Source of the DNA: Rhynchopus sp. YZ270_cl-10
Taxonomy: Eukaryota
NCBI GenBank assembly: GCA_964035575.1
Contig: OZ037840.1
Span: forward strand, 806,001 to 870,000
Direction: 5' to 3'
Length of the DNA: 64,000 nt
The number at the start of each line of letters is the position of its first letter. Position 1 is the first letter of the stretch. Positions 32,401 to 43,427 of this stretch are shown one piece after another. A program made the position numbers and the translations under genes. The notes below the pieces were generated by a model. The model searched no databases, was not told the DNA's origin, and saw only the letters and a list, made by a program, of their open reading frames with translations.

Positions 32401-34644
32401 AGTGGGCTGTACGAACGTGCCTGCACAGTGTTGCTTGCGGCTGTGAAGGCAACACGCGGCAGTGGTGGAGGTGCAGGTGTTTGTGGGGAGGATGCTGTGA
32501 CAGCAGGGTCGAATGCAGCAGCACTGCTGGCACGTGCACGCATCCCTGTGAGTGGGGAGGACCTGAGCGGGATCCGTGTGTCGAACTGCGACCTGCGCGG
32601 GTCTCTGTTTGTGGAGACGGCGCTGACGGGCGCTTCCTTCTCGAACTGCTGGCTGGAGCACACTGAGTTCCACACCTGCGACATGGGTGGCACGATGCTG
32701 CCTGACTGCTCCCTTGGCACGCCACTTCCTGTACTGCAGAGTCATGCCTTTGGTGTGGCAGTGACACCTGATGGCAGTCAAATGGTAACCGGTGGCTATG
32801 ACGGCAGTGTACATGTGTGGAGCATGTCTTCTGGGGAAGAAGTCATGGTCTTGGAAGGACATTCGAACCACATAAAAAGAGTGACATTAACACCTGACGG
32901 CACCCACGTTATTTCGTGCTCTGTTGACAAAACTGTGCGTGTGTGGGGTATGCACACTGGGGAGGCAGTGTTCGTCTTGGAAGGCCACAAAGGTATTGTG
33001 GAAGAAGTGTCAGTCACTCCCGACAGTTCTAAAGTTGTTTCAATTTCTGCAAAAGATGGCATCCGTGTGTGGGATCTCTCGACGGGGATGGAAGTGCTGG
33101 CAATAAAGTCGCTCGGCATTCGCAGCATGGTTATTACCAAGGATGGAAGTCAAATAGTGACATGGTCCAAGGAGATGCTGTGCGTATGGGGTCTGGTCAC
33201 GGGGAAGCAGGAGATGCAGTGGCCTTGTTGTGTGGAGTCTTCGCATGCACTAGCAGTCACTCCCGATGGATGCCATGTCGTTTCGTGCACTGATGGCGCA
33301 CATCTTTGGAACCTCTCCACTGGGGCAGAGGTGATGGTGTTCCATGCCGACGCTGAGTTGACAGCAGTGGCAGTCACCCCCGATGGATGTCACGTGGTTG
33401 CTGGGTCCGGGAGCGGCACTGTGCACGTTTGGAGCATTTCGACTGGGAAGGAGGTGACGGTGTTGCAAGGGCACACCTCTCGTGTGAATGTAGTGACAGT
33501 GTCACCAGATGGATGCCACGTGGTTTCATGCTCCTGCGAAGACGGTACTGTTCGAGTGTGGAACATCGCGACCGGGAAGGAGACACCAGGTTTCGAAGGA
33601 TTCCCAGGCTGGTCTGTGGTAGTGGCCCCTGATGGATCTATCATTTCGTACGGTGGCAAAAGACACTCCATCTGGAACACATCCACCGGCAGGCAGACAC
33701 AGGTAGTCGAAGCAGGAATAATGCATAGCGACGATGTTGCTGCCGTGTCCCCAGCTGGCTCTCATGTAGTTTATTGCTCTTGCGGCGACGCTGGCGAAAG
33801 GAGAGCGTGTGTGTGGGACGTTGCGACGGGGAAAGTGCGGCCTTTGTGCACAGCTTCCAGTGAGTTTGCGGTGTTCTTGAAAAAGGTTGGAATACTTGAG
33901 TTCTTCGCAGTGTCTCCCGATGCATCTCACGTGGTGACCTTTTCAAAGGCTCCACAGGAGGAAGACACTTACTGTACGTATGTGTGGAGCATGCCGACTG
34001 GGAAGAAGGTGTCAGTGTATGAAGGAACTACTTGCCCTCCCAGCGGAGTGGTAGTGACTCCTGATGGAGTGCATGTGGTTTCGTACTTTGAGGATTACAC
34101 CGTACACATGTGGAAACTTCACACTGGAGAAGAGACGATGGTGTTCACAGGACATACTGAAGATGTCTCAGACGTGGACGTGACTCGCGATGGGTCTCGT
34201 CTTGTTTCATGCTCTTACGACGAAACTGTGCGTGTGTGGGATGTTGCCAGCGGGAAGGAAATCTTCACCTTGGAGTATGATCGTTCAGTATTACGAGTGG
34301 CACTGACACCTGATGGAGCTCACATGGTGTCGTTCTGTGACGGTTCTATGAGTGTGTGGAACATGACCACTGGTGAGAAGGTGGTAGTGATTACACCACA
34401 TTGTGGTTTGTACAACGTTGCTGTGAGCCCTGATGGACGCGAAGTGATCTGTGGTTGTGATGACCACACTGTGCGTGTGTGGAGCATCTGCACTGGGGAA
34501 GACGGCACGATTGATGGGTTGCGGCTGAAGAGAGTGATCGGTGTCCCTCCAACAGTTCCTCGTGCAGTTGGCTGTCGCAATGCTGATGCTGTGGAACCTG
34601 AACTTGCGAGACGGATTCTTTGTCCTGTCGAGGAGGAGGAGTGA
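29449..34644 (+). CDS. Ankyrin - ADP-ribosyltransferase - NACHT NTPase - pentapeptide - WD40 protein, split by two frameshifts (~30705 and ~31880); pseudogene or assembly error
   Basis: ANK GRTMLHSAVLAGDVEAVRFLVENGA. ART R-S-E motifs VFRG / FTSTT / EDELL. Walker A GEGGSGKT, Walker B VLVLDSLDE, and FRHKSLGEHLAA. Pentapeptide repeats. About 14 WD40 repeats (VAVTPDG...VRVW). Domains continue across ORFs 29449, 30704 and 31741. Confidence 0.88.
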
Positions 34645-35045
34645 GCGCACTGTTCGTACTTGCTCTTTGTGTTTGCTTCTCTTTTCCAAGACGAATGCAG
34701 TCTGAGTGACGAGTACGAACTGTGTTGAACACTGCCTGTGCGGTGGTGCCCTGCGTTGTGCGACGACAGAAGAGCGGCTTGTCGAAGTGTCCCACTGCCA
34801 GTGCACTAAGTGTGCTGTCTGTTCATATTCACACGTCTTTTCCAAGATGTGTTGCGATTACACATGTGTTTTGACCACTTGGTTTTTTGGAGTGTCACAT
34901 ACTGCCACTTCCACATTTGTACACTTTTCATTTAAAAAGAATTTACCCCCTCTTCCCCCCCTTGATTAATTCTTGATACACCTCCACACCTTTTCCACAT
35001 ACACCCTTCCTTCAAACACAAGGTGCGACGTTTTCACTCCACACA

Positions 35046-36314
35046 ATGCTTTTATTAAAACGAGTTAAACAGAAGCTAACCCGCAGCAATGCCGACTACG
35101 GCAACCCCGACATGGAGGCTGGATGCAGTACAAAGCCTCTTGCCCTGGCTGCATACGAACCGCCAGCACACATCCCCACCCCTACCTCTGTTCACAACAT
35201 GACGCACCATCCCGCCCATCTACTGCCGTTGGTGAAGGTACCTCCCGCTCATACGCGAATTTTTGACCTAAATGGCAATGTTTTACTCTATTTCGGATCG
35301 GTGTTGAGTATCGGCAAGACCGCGAAGAAACGGATTGGCATTATTTCTGACCAATGTATTTACATTGGTGACACAAAAGGAGTGGTTCTGCGCTGTCTTG
35401 CTATTAAAAAGATTGCGAATCTGTACAATCATTCCCTGCAGATAGGTGTTCACATGGAAGATGGCTACGACGTCGCGATAGAGTTTCCAAATGAAGAGGA
35501 GTTGACGAAGTTTGCGTTGGTTGTGGTGACTGTTCGTTCGAAGATGGACGTTTCGCCGCTCGAAGTTGAAGGTGTCAGTCCCAAGAATCTTTTTAATTCG
35601 CTTTCATTGGAAAAACCGTTGTCGTTTATTCCTGGAAAAGAAATTTTCCCGATACCGACATTAAAGACGTTGTTTCAGCATTACGAAACATTGTCAAAGC
35701 CGCGCAACACCGTAGGCCTGGTAGAGGTCCCGGGGTTGCCGGGTGCGAAAATAGACGTCTCAGATCCAGCATCGCCTGCAGAGATGACGCACCACCCCCT
35801 CACTCTGCTTCCTCTCATCCCTGTCCCCACGCAGTACAAGAATTTATCATATCTCACCAACTCTGTAGTGCATTACATCTCTGCTGTGAATAAGCTGAGC
35901 AGGAAGGGGGCAGATAAGGAGCGTGTGTTGGTTGTGTCGGATAAAGCAGTGTATATTATGCAGAAAGATGGGGAGGTGGCGAGGTGCATCACTATGGAGT
36001 CGATAGCGAAGCTGGCCACAGAGGGGCAGAGGTTGGGGATCGTGGTGTCGGATGGGTACGACGTAGCGTGTGAATTTGAGACTTCCGAAGAAGTGGCGCG
36101 TGTGGTCGACATCTTTGTGAGAATATGCGCAAAGATGAAAACGGTGCAGACTCCGCTCCGAGTCGAGGTGACACGCGTGCAACCCCCACAGAACATCGCA
36201 AGTCCACAAGGTTCTATGCAAAGTGTGTCTGCACCGTCATCTCTCGACACCCTCCACCAGAATTACAAGGCGCTGTATGCAGAGGGGAGGAGAATGAGCT
36301 TGGAAAAAATCTGA
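35046..36314 (+). CDS. Hypothetical protein with two tandem PH-like (myosin TH1-like) domains
   Basis: 422 aa. Internal duplication MTHHP.LLPL..VP / R..IISD..IYI...G.V.RC / DGYDVA.EF...EE. The fold assignment is by motif resemblance only. Confidence 0.75.
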   Translation: MLLLKRVKQKLTRSNADYGNPDMEAGCSTKPLALAAYEPPAHIPTPTSVHNMTHHPAHLLPLVKVPPAHTRIFDLNGNVLLYFGSVLSIGKTAKKRIGIISDQCIYIGDTKGVVLRCLAIKKIANLYNHSLQIGVHMEDGYDVAIEFPNEEELTKFALVVVTVRSKMDVSPLEVEGVSPKNLFNSLSLEKPLSFIPGKEIFPIPTLKTLFQHYETLSKPRNTVGLVEVPGLPGAKIDVSDPASPAEMTHHPLTLLPLIPVPTQYKNLSYLTNSVVHYISAVNKLSRKGADKERVLVVSDKAVYIMQKDGEVARCITMESIAKLATEGQRLGIVVSDGYDVACEFETSEEVARVVDIFVRICAKMKTVQTPLRVEVTRVQPPQNIASPQGSMQSVSAPSSLDTLHQNYKALYAEGRRMSLEKI

Positions 36315-37095
36315 GTAAGATGCAAGACCTAAACAAGACAGTGGAGCTTGTACAGGTGGTAGCTACATAACTATTCCAACAATTTTTCAAAAAAAAAAAA
36401 AAAAAAGCTAAAAATAGTTTTATCTAACAGTAAATTCACGAAAGGTCCCGCCCAACAAAGAGTCATCCCTAACAAAAGAACTGCCCGTCGATTTACCGAT
36501 TCGCCCTTTATGTTTGGGCGGGGCTTGTCGTGATTTACTATACTTTTCAAAGAAGAGAAAAAAGCACAAAAGAACGTTCAAAAGAGCAGATGTATCGTAT
36601 AAAACACATTTTTTTTTTTTTTTAGGTTTCCTTTTCACATCTACTGTTGTAGGTCATAGGGTACTTCTGCTTTCATCCGGGGCTGGCATCGTATGTGGGT
36701 CAGTCGGAGGTGCCTACATCAACAACTACAGTTTTTTTTTTCGATACCGAGAATGTGTTTTCATCTCGCTTTGTGTAGTAATGTGCGGATACGTGATACC
36801 ACTCGCTTCGTGGAAAATTAAACCTCTGAACCTCGGGTGTGGGATGGGGTAAAACAAAAAAATGTATAGTGGAGCACACTCTAGGGTGGCTACACTAATA
36901 CAACCAAAAAAAATAGAAAACGACTTCAGGATATGACAGTTAAATGAAATAAAGAAAACACTTTTTCGTTTATCGCACCGCAAAAGGATTGTGTTTTTCA
37001 CTGATGAATGTGAGTGATGTTAGTGGAAAAACAATACGCTAAAGCGGGCACGCACCATCCGTCGTTTTCCATTTCTATTCGTCAATGCTTGATAA

Positions 37096-37394
37096 GGGCT
37101 TAGTTATTTTTTTTTTTGGTACGCGTCCGGGACCCCCTCAAATTTTGAGCGCGCGCGCGCAAAAAAAAATAAAATACCAAAAAAAAATAACTTGTTTTGG
37201 CCTGCAAAATCAATGTTGTGCCCAAAAAAAAATATTTCGAAAAAAAAATTGTTGAAATTTTCCAACTTTTTTTATTATACTTTTCCATGCACACCACACC
37301 GGCATATTTTTTTTTATTTTTTATTTTTTATTTTTGGATTTCCAAAAATTTGAGCGCGCGCGGACGCGTACCAAAAAAAAAAATAACTAAGCCC
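37096..37394. mobile_element. PIF/Harbinger (Tourist-like) MITE, 299 bp
   Basis: Near-perfect ~34-bp TIR GGGCTTAGTTAT(n)GGTACGCGTCCG. TAA TSD at 37093-37095 and 37395-37397. Confidence 0.92.
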
Positions 37395-37851
37395 TAACAC
37401 AAAAAAAAAAAAAGTTTCAAATTTCAAAAAAAACAAAAACCACCTTAGTTGGTACCCATGGTTTTTGCAAAACGAGCCCCTCAAGAACCCCTCACGAACC
37501 CCAGCAAGAACCCCGCAAAATGGGTCTCGAGATGAATATTTTGCCCTCTTTTGTTAGTGTTTTTTGGTTCTTTTGTTTTTGGTAGTACTAGTAGTATTTT
37601 TTTTGATAAATTTTCCACACCTCTCTCACGCAGAACATTTTCTCCCATTATTCTGATACGCTTCAGGGATCTGTTTTGTGCATTGGGGTGTGAGGCTCTC
37701 CTAGTCAAAAAAAAAAATTCAATTTCATTCAAAAAAAAAAGTGCGCAGATGCTTCCCAAAAAGAAATATTGCTCTACGCAGTTGTCGACACAACAAACGC
37801 ATCACATCACCTCCAGGCGCCCCTCCCTTCTTGGACTCCCTCCCACCCACT

Positions 37852-39075
37852 ATGGAAGTCCACATCGAGGAGACCAGCAGCGGTGCCACCTACACCGTCG
37901 TCGTTGGTACCGAGGACACCGTCCGCTGCCTGCGTGCCAAGGTGGCTGCAGCGACCTCCCCCTCCTGCCACACACACCCACCCAGCTCTCTCCCGGACGC
38001 ACCACCGCCACCCCTCCCGCACCTCCTCCTGCACGGCACGCCCCTCGGGGATGACGACACCCCCATCAGCACAACACGACTCTGCAGTGGCGACAGGCTT
38101 ACGGCAGACGTCTCCCCCATGGAGGTGGAGGAGGAGGAGGCTGCCTGTACGTGGAAGCACCCTGCACGATACGAGGCAGGAGGGGGTCTCATGGCGATGT
38201 CCCCCTGTGGAAGGTACTGTGTGCACACCGTGGTGGGGTGTGGCGTTCATATTGTCGATCTGGTGGCAGGAGAGAGTGTTGTGGTGGTGTCTGGAGATAA
38301 GAGCAATGTGGTTTCTTCGTTGGATGTGACGGAACACCACATTGTGTATGCAGTGTACGGAATGTCCCGAACAGAGGTCGCTGTGGTGGACCGGAGAACG
38401 CATTTGACCCTGCAGTCTCTGCATTGTGATAGCGCAGTGACGGCGTTGTCTGCGACGTCAGATGGAGTGTTTCTGGTGGTAAGCTGTTATGCTGGGATCT
38501 GTGTGTTCAATATCTTAACGGCAGAGTGCGTCAGAAAGAAGCGAGGGTATGGACACATTGCGACAGTTTCGCCGTGCAACCGATGGATCGCAAGCTGTGA
38601 TCGGCTGATTGATTTTGAGACATTGGAGCAGATACATCACTTGGGGCACACAGGCACCCCAATTCGAGCACCGGTGTTTTCACCAGAAGGGGATGTGGTG
38701 GCGATTCTGAATGGAGGTGTTGTGGATGTGTTTGCGACAAGAGACGGCACGCATCTGCATCGCACAGGGCACCGGCATATCATCTCTGCGGTGACGTTCA
38801 GTGCGGACGGAGTGTACCTCTTCACAGCCTCCTTTAACCAGGTGGACTCCTGGGTCACGGCATCCCACCTTGCCACCCACTCCCGCACACCCTTCTTATC
38901 GTGCACATCTTCTCTGTGTGGTCTAGCTGTCTCACGCGATATGCAGGTAGCATTGATCCTGGATAGGCAGAAGATCGACGTTGTCAGCAGACGTATCCCT
39001 GATACCAGAACTGCTAGCGTAAAGGATGCAAATAGCAGCAGCCAGGCAAGCAGCAGCGTCTGTCCATGCTGCTGA
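37852..39075 (+). CDS. Ubiquitin-like domain plus WD40-like beta-propeller protein, C-terminal CPCC; paralogue 1
   Basis: ATG chosen by alignment with the 40497 copy. MEVHIEETSSGATYTVVVGTEDTV..LRAKV Ubl-like start. Propeller repeats (MSPCGRY, FSPEGD, FSADG). Confidence 0.88.
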   Translation: MEVHIEETSSGATYTVVVGTEDTVRCLRAKVAAATSPSCHTHPPSSLPDAPPPPLPHLLLHGTPLGDDDTPISTTRLCSGDRLTADVSPMEVEEEEAACTWKHPARYEAGGGLMAMSPCGRYCVHTVVGCGVHIVDLVAGESVVVVSGDKSNVVSSLDVTEHHIVYAVYGMSRTEVAVVDRRTHLTLQSLHCDSAVTALSATSDGVFLVVSCYAGICVFNILTAECVRKKRGYGHIATVSPCNRWIASCDRLIDFETLEQIHHLGHTGTPIRAPVFSPEGDVVAILNGGVVDVFATRDGTHLHRTGHRHIISAVTFSADGVYLFTASFNQVDSWVTASHLATHSRTPFLSCTSSLCGLAVSRDMQVALILDRQKIDVVSRRIPDTRTASVKDANSSSQASSSVCPCC

Positions 39076-39682
39076 GAGGCCAGGGTATCATTTTAGGTGA
39101 CGAAAGAGAGTGCGGTGAAGGTTGTCTGATAAGCGTTCTTTTGGTACCTCCATTGCAGCCTCCCTGGAAGCCGTGTGCCAAATGAAATGTTCTGTCCTAT
39201 GTACACTTTTGGTAATATAAAAAAAACGGTTAAGACAATGCATGTCTTCAGACAGCTGTCGCTTCCCCGACCTCCGTAAAGTGCACATCGAGAGGAGATC
39301 GGGAGGCGATAGCATTAGCTAGTGAGCCCTCGTTTGGTGATACCAGGTGGGGAGGTGGGGAGTTTGGCTGGGGCGGTAGATCTGTTATGCATTAACACAA
39401 CAAACACAACACAACCCCCAGGCCCTTCTTGGACTCCCTCCCACCAGGGGTACCTGTAACGAGGGGGGTAAAAACGGCCCGGCCCCCGGCCCCCGGCCCT
39501 TGGTTATCAAATGGAGAAAATCACGTGTATGTATACACGGTATACACAACGCAACCTTGTGCGCGGGTTTTTGGGTCATTGTTGCCCACAAACGGGCCGG
39601 CATTTGCATTCCGGAATCCGTCCGGCCAGTGGTGGGGTCAATTTGACGAAATGGACAAGTTCTCGTTTTTGGTCAATTTTTG

Positions 39683-40015
39683 CAGTATACACAGTATACA
39701 CAGTATACACAGTATACACAGTATACACAGTATACACAGTATACACAGTATACACAGTATACACAGTATACACAGTATACACAGTATACACAGTATACAC
39801 AGTATACACAGTATACACAGTATACACAGTATACACAGTATACACAGTATACACAGTATACACAGTATACACAGTATACACAGTATACACAGTATACACA
39901 GTATACACAGTATACACAGTATACACAGTATACACAGTATACACAGTATACACAGTATACACAGTATACACAGTATACACAGTATACACAGTATACACAG
40001 TATACACAGTATACA
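39683..40015. repeat. (CAGTATACA)37 tandem repeat
   Basis: 333 bp of perfect 9-mer units. Confidence 0.97.
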
Positions 40016-40020
40016 CAATA

Positions 40021-40250
40021 CAGTACAGTACAGTACAGTACAGTACAGTACAGTACAGTACAGTACAGTACAGTACAGTACAGTACAGTACAGTACAGTA
40101 CAGTACAGTACAGTACAGTACAGTACAGTACAGTACAGTACAGTACAGTACAGTACAGTACAGTACAGTACAGTACAGTACAGTACAGTACAGTACAGTA
40201 CAGTACAGTACAGTACAGTACAGTACAGTACAGTACAGTACAGTACAGTA
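40021..40250. repeat. (CAGTA)46 tandem repeat
   Basis: 230 bp of perfect 5-mer units. Confidence 0.97.
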
Positions 40251-40496
40251 CAGTGTAAAAAAACTCAAAAATCCCTCTCGCGCCTTGGCGAAAAATGTTT
40301 TTTTTCAAAACCGGCTTTATTTGAAAGATTGAGATCCGCTGACCCCAAAAAACAAAATCGGCCCCAGCCAAGAATAGCTATACAAAAGCAGAATAACGGC
40401 GAGAGCATTTCCCACGTAATTTCTTAAGGGATTTTTCTCGGCCCAGAGGCCCGGCCCGCGGCCCCACGTTACAGGTACCCCTGCCTCCCACCCACT

Positions 40497-41708
40497 ATGG
40501 AAGTCCACATCGAGGAGACCAGCAGCGGTGCCACCTACACCGTCGTCGTTGGTACCGAGGACACCGTCCGCTGCCTGCGTGCCAAGGTGGCTGCAGCGAC
40601 CTCCGCCCCCTCCTGCCACACACACCCACCCAGCTCTCTCCCGGACGCACCACCGCCACCCCTCCCGCACCTCCTCCTGCACGGCACGCCCCTCGGGGAT
40701 GACGACACCCCCATCAGCACAACACGACTCTGCAGTGGCGACAGGCTTACGGCAGACGTCTCCCCCATGGAGGTGGAGGAGGAGGAGGCTGCCTGTACGT
40801 GGAAGCACCCTGCACGATACGAGGCAGGAGGGGGTCTCATGGCGATGTCCCCCTGTGGAAGGTACTGTGTGCACACCGTGGTGGGGTGTGGCGTTCATAT
40901 TGTCGATCTGGTGGCAGGAGAGAGTGTTGAGGTGGTGTCTGGTGAGAGGAGCAATGTGATCACTGCGTTGGGTGTGACGGAACACCACATTGTGTACGGA
41001 ATGTCCCGAACAGAGGTCGCTGTGGTGGACCGGAGAACGCATTTGACCCTGCAGTCTCTGCATTGTGATAGCGCAGTGACGGCGTTGTCTGCGACGTCAG
41101 ATGGAGTGTTTGTGGTGGTAAGCTGTTATGCTGGGATCTGTGTGTTCAATATCTTAACGGCAGAGTGCGTCAGAAAGAAGCGAGGGTATGGACACATTGC
41201 GACAGTTTCGCCGTGCAACCGATGGATCGCAAGCTGTGATCGGCTGCTTGATTTTGAGACATTAGAGCAGATACGGCGCTTTGGCGTGTCTATTCGAGAG
41301 TCCACTAGAGCACCGGTGTTTTCACCAGAAGGGGATGTGGTGGCGATCCCGAGGGGGAACTTTGTGGATGTGTTTGCGACCAGAGACGGCACGCATCTGC
41401 ATTGCACAAGACACGCGAACGTCATCTCCGCAGTGACGTTCAGTGCGGACGGAGAGTACCTCTTCACAGCCTCCTTCGACTCCCGGGTCATGGCATCCAA
41501 CCTCACCACCCACGCCTACGTCCGCACGCTCTTCTTCTCACATAGAACGTCTCTGTGGGGTCTAGCCATATCGCACGATATGCAGGTTGCGTTGATCCTG
41601 GATATGCAGAGTATCCACGTTGTCAGCAAGACCTCGTACACCAGAGGTCATCGCGTAGATGCAAATAGAAGCAGCCAGGCAAGCAGCAGCGTCTGTCCAT
41701 GCTGCTGA
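40497..41708 (+). CDS. Ubiquitin-like domain plus WD40-like beta-propeller protein, C-terminal CPCC; paralogue 2
   Basis: 403 aa. The first ~140 aa are almost identical to paralogue 1, with patchy divergence afterwards. Confidence 0.88.
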   Translation: MEVHIEETSSGATYTVVVGTEDTVRCLRAKVAAATSAPSCHTHPPSSLPDAPPPPLPHLLLHGTPLGDDDTPISTTRLCSGDRLTADVSPMEVEEEEAACTWKHPARYEAGGGLMAMSPCGRYCVHTVVGCGVHIVDLVAGESVEVVSGERSNVITALGVTEHHIVYGMSRTEVAVVDRRTHLTLQSLHCDSAVTALSATSDGVFVVVSCYAGICVFNILTAECVRKKRGYGHIATVSPCNRWIASCDRLLDFETLEQIRRFGVSIRESTRAPVFSPEGDVVAIPRGNFVDVFATRDGTHLHCTRHANVISAVTFSADGEYLFTASFDSRVMASNLTTHAYVRTLFFSHRTSLWGLAISHDMQVALILDMQSIHVVSKTSYTRGHRVDANRSSQASSSVCPCC

Positions 41709-42494
41709 GAGTCCAGAGTTGTGCTGTTCGGGTGCTGTGCATGATGCAGGTAGACGCTGCTCTGTAGGCTGTTCTTGGCAATGCTCAGCACCAATGTGTA
41801 ATCTTCCGCTTTTTAGACACTTTTGATAAGTCAGCGTCAACGTCAAGCCACCACGCAAAGTGGTCTTGTTGGGAATCTCATGGAATCTCTTGCAAAAAAA
41901 AAAAAGGCCTCCTTTCCACACCTTTTTTTCGCATACAACCCAGCCCTGCTAGCTTCCTCCTCCCAAAAATAAGAATAAAAAGGTATCGGTCCCAACTACT
42001 CAAACGTTCTCTCACCCCAGGTTTGCTTAACCTGAGTTTTCATCGATTCTTCCCATTCGTCACCCACCAATGAGATATGGAGAGGAGGGCATAGCTCTTA
42101 TGTGAATGGAGCCTAAGACGGAGATGGATTCCGTGTCAAGACACATTTTTTTCTCGTTTTTCGGTGTGTTGTTACCGACTGCAAAGCGTGCTCCTCCTAT
42201 TTGTTCTCTTTTAAGGATCCTGCGAAGAAATCGTAGCTACCATAAGTAGTCTATAATAAAACAATAGCTTTGGTGGTGCAGCTGAAGGGAGGTGCTATGT
42301 TTGTGCTATGTTCTGCTATGTTCTGCTATTCTGGGCATCTGGATTTTTTGGTGCGGCTGAAGGGAGGGTGCTATTTTGTGCTATTTTTGGGGTCGTCGGC
42401 CACACCAATTTGCCTTGACCATTTTTGTTTTTACATTGATACATTGCATTACCACACAGCTTACACACACCCCACCCTACCACTCTTACCTACG

Positions 42495-43427
42495 ATGTCT
42501 GCCGCCATGGTCACCCCCGCAACCAACAAGAAGGTGCAGCAGCAGCCTGCGCAACAGCAGTCGTCCCTTGCGAGCATCGTGCCCCGCTTTCTGTGCAGCT
42601 CCTCTGCCGCGTGCATTGCGGAGATCTTCACCTTCCCCATCGACACTACTAGGGTTCGTGTGCAGATGACCGGAAAGAAGGTTGGCATGTTTGCAACCGC
42701 AGCTGAGGTCTATCAGAAGCAGGGCTTTATGACATTCTACAAAGGTATTTCCCCAGCATTGGTCAGACAGTTTGTGCAGTGCGGGATGAACCTTGGAACG
42801 TATGTGCCCATCAGGAATGCGCTTGGGGCCGACAAAGATCAGTCGGTGTTGAAGAAAGGGATGGCCGGAGCGATGAGTGGGTCGTTCGGACAGTTCTGTG
42901 CAATCCCGACCGATATCGTGAAGGTCCGCATGCAGGCTGACAACAAAAGCATTTTGATGGGAGGACAGCCGAAGTACAATGGCGCGCTGCACTGCGCGCA
43001 GGCCTGCTACAAGGAGGCTGGGTTCTTGGGGATGTGGAGGGGCGCGACTCCGAGCTGTACCCGCTCCGCCGCGATCCATTCCTCAGGGCTTGCGAGCTAC
43101 GACACCTCGAAGACGTTGGTTGTCTCGAGGCTCGGATTCGACAGTGAAAAGACCTCAACACACATTTTGTGTTCTGCCATCAGTGGTGTGGTCAGCAGTA
43201 CCGTTGGCTGCCCCTTCGATGTCATCAAGACACGTGTCATGAACCACGACAACTTCTCGACAACAACCCCCCGTCAAATTCTGGTCGAAACCATCAGGAA
43301 GGAAGGTGTCCGCGCGCTCTTCAAGGGTTACATCCCTACCCTCTCCCGTCTTGGACCCTGGCAGGTGTGCTGGTTGACGTGCTACGAGAAGTTCTGCATT
43401 CTCGCAACAGGGCAGTCGAAGATTTAA
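42495..43427 (+). CDS. Mitochondrial carrier family (SLC25) protein, UCP/dicarboxylate-oxoglutarate clade-like
   Basis: Three Px[DE]xx[KR] signatures (PIDTTRVR, PTDIVKVRMQ, PFDVIKTRVM), plus EGVRALFKG and RLGPW. Start set at the first ATG after the upstream ACAG acceptor-like site. Confidence 0.93.
   Translation: MSAAMVTPATNKKVQQQPAQQQSSLASIVPRFLCSSSAACIAEIFTFPIDTTRVRVQMTGKKVGMFATAAEVYQKQGFMTFYKGISPALVRQFVQCGMNLGTYVPIRNALGADKDQSVLKKGMAGAMSGSFGQFCAIPTDIVKVRMQADNKSILMGGQPKYNGALHCAQACYKEAGFLGMWRGATPSCTRSAAIHSSGLASYDTSKTLVVSRLGFDSEKTSTHILCSAISGVVSSTVGCPFDVIKTRVMNHDNFSTTTPRQILVETIRKEGVRALFKGYIPTLSRLGPWQVCWLTCYEKFCILATGQSKI

Larger units (their letters stand above)
39445..40483. mobile_element. 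hAT-like non-autonomous element (1039 bp) containing two microsatellite arrays
   Basis: Perfect 17-bp TIR CAGGGGTACCTGTAACG / CGTTACAGGTACCCCTG. 8-bp TSD CCTCCCAC at 39437-39444 and 40484-40491. The empty site is visible upstream of paralogue 1 (~37828-37854). Confidence 0.96.

Noticed and set aside
31054..32871. 605-aa minus-strand ORF and the many other antisense ORFs within genes
   Set aside because: Shadow ORFs of GC/GT-rich sense genes with no domain motifs.
39429..40427. Long ORFs on both strands (SIHSIH, VYTVYT, QYSTV, CILCIL)
   Set aside because: These are translations of stop-free microsatellites inside a transposon.
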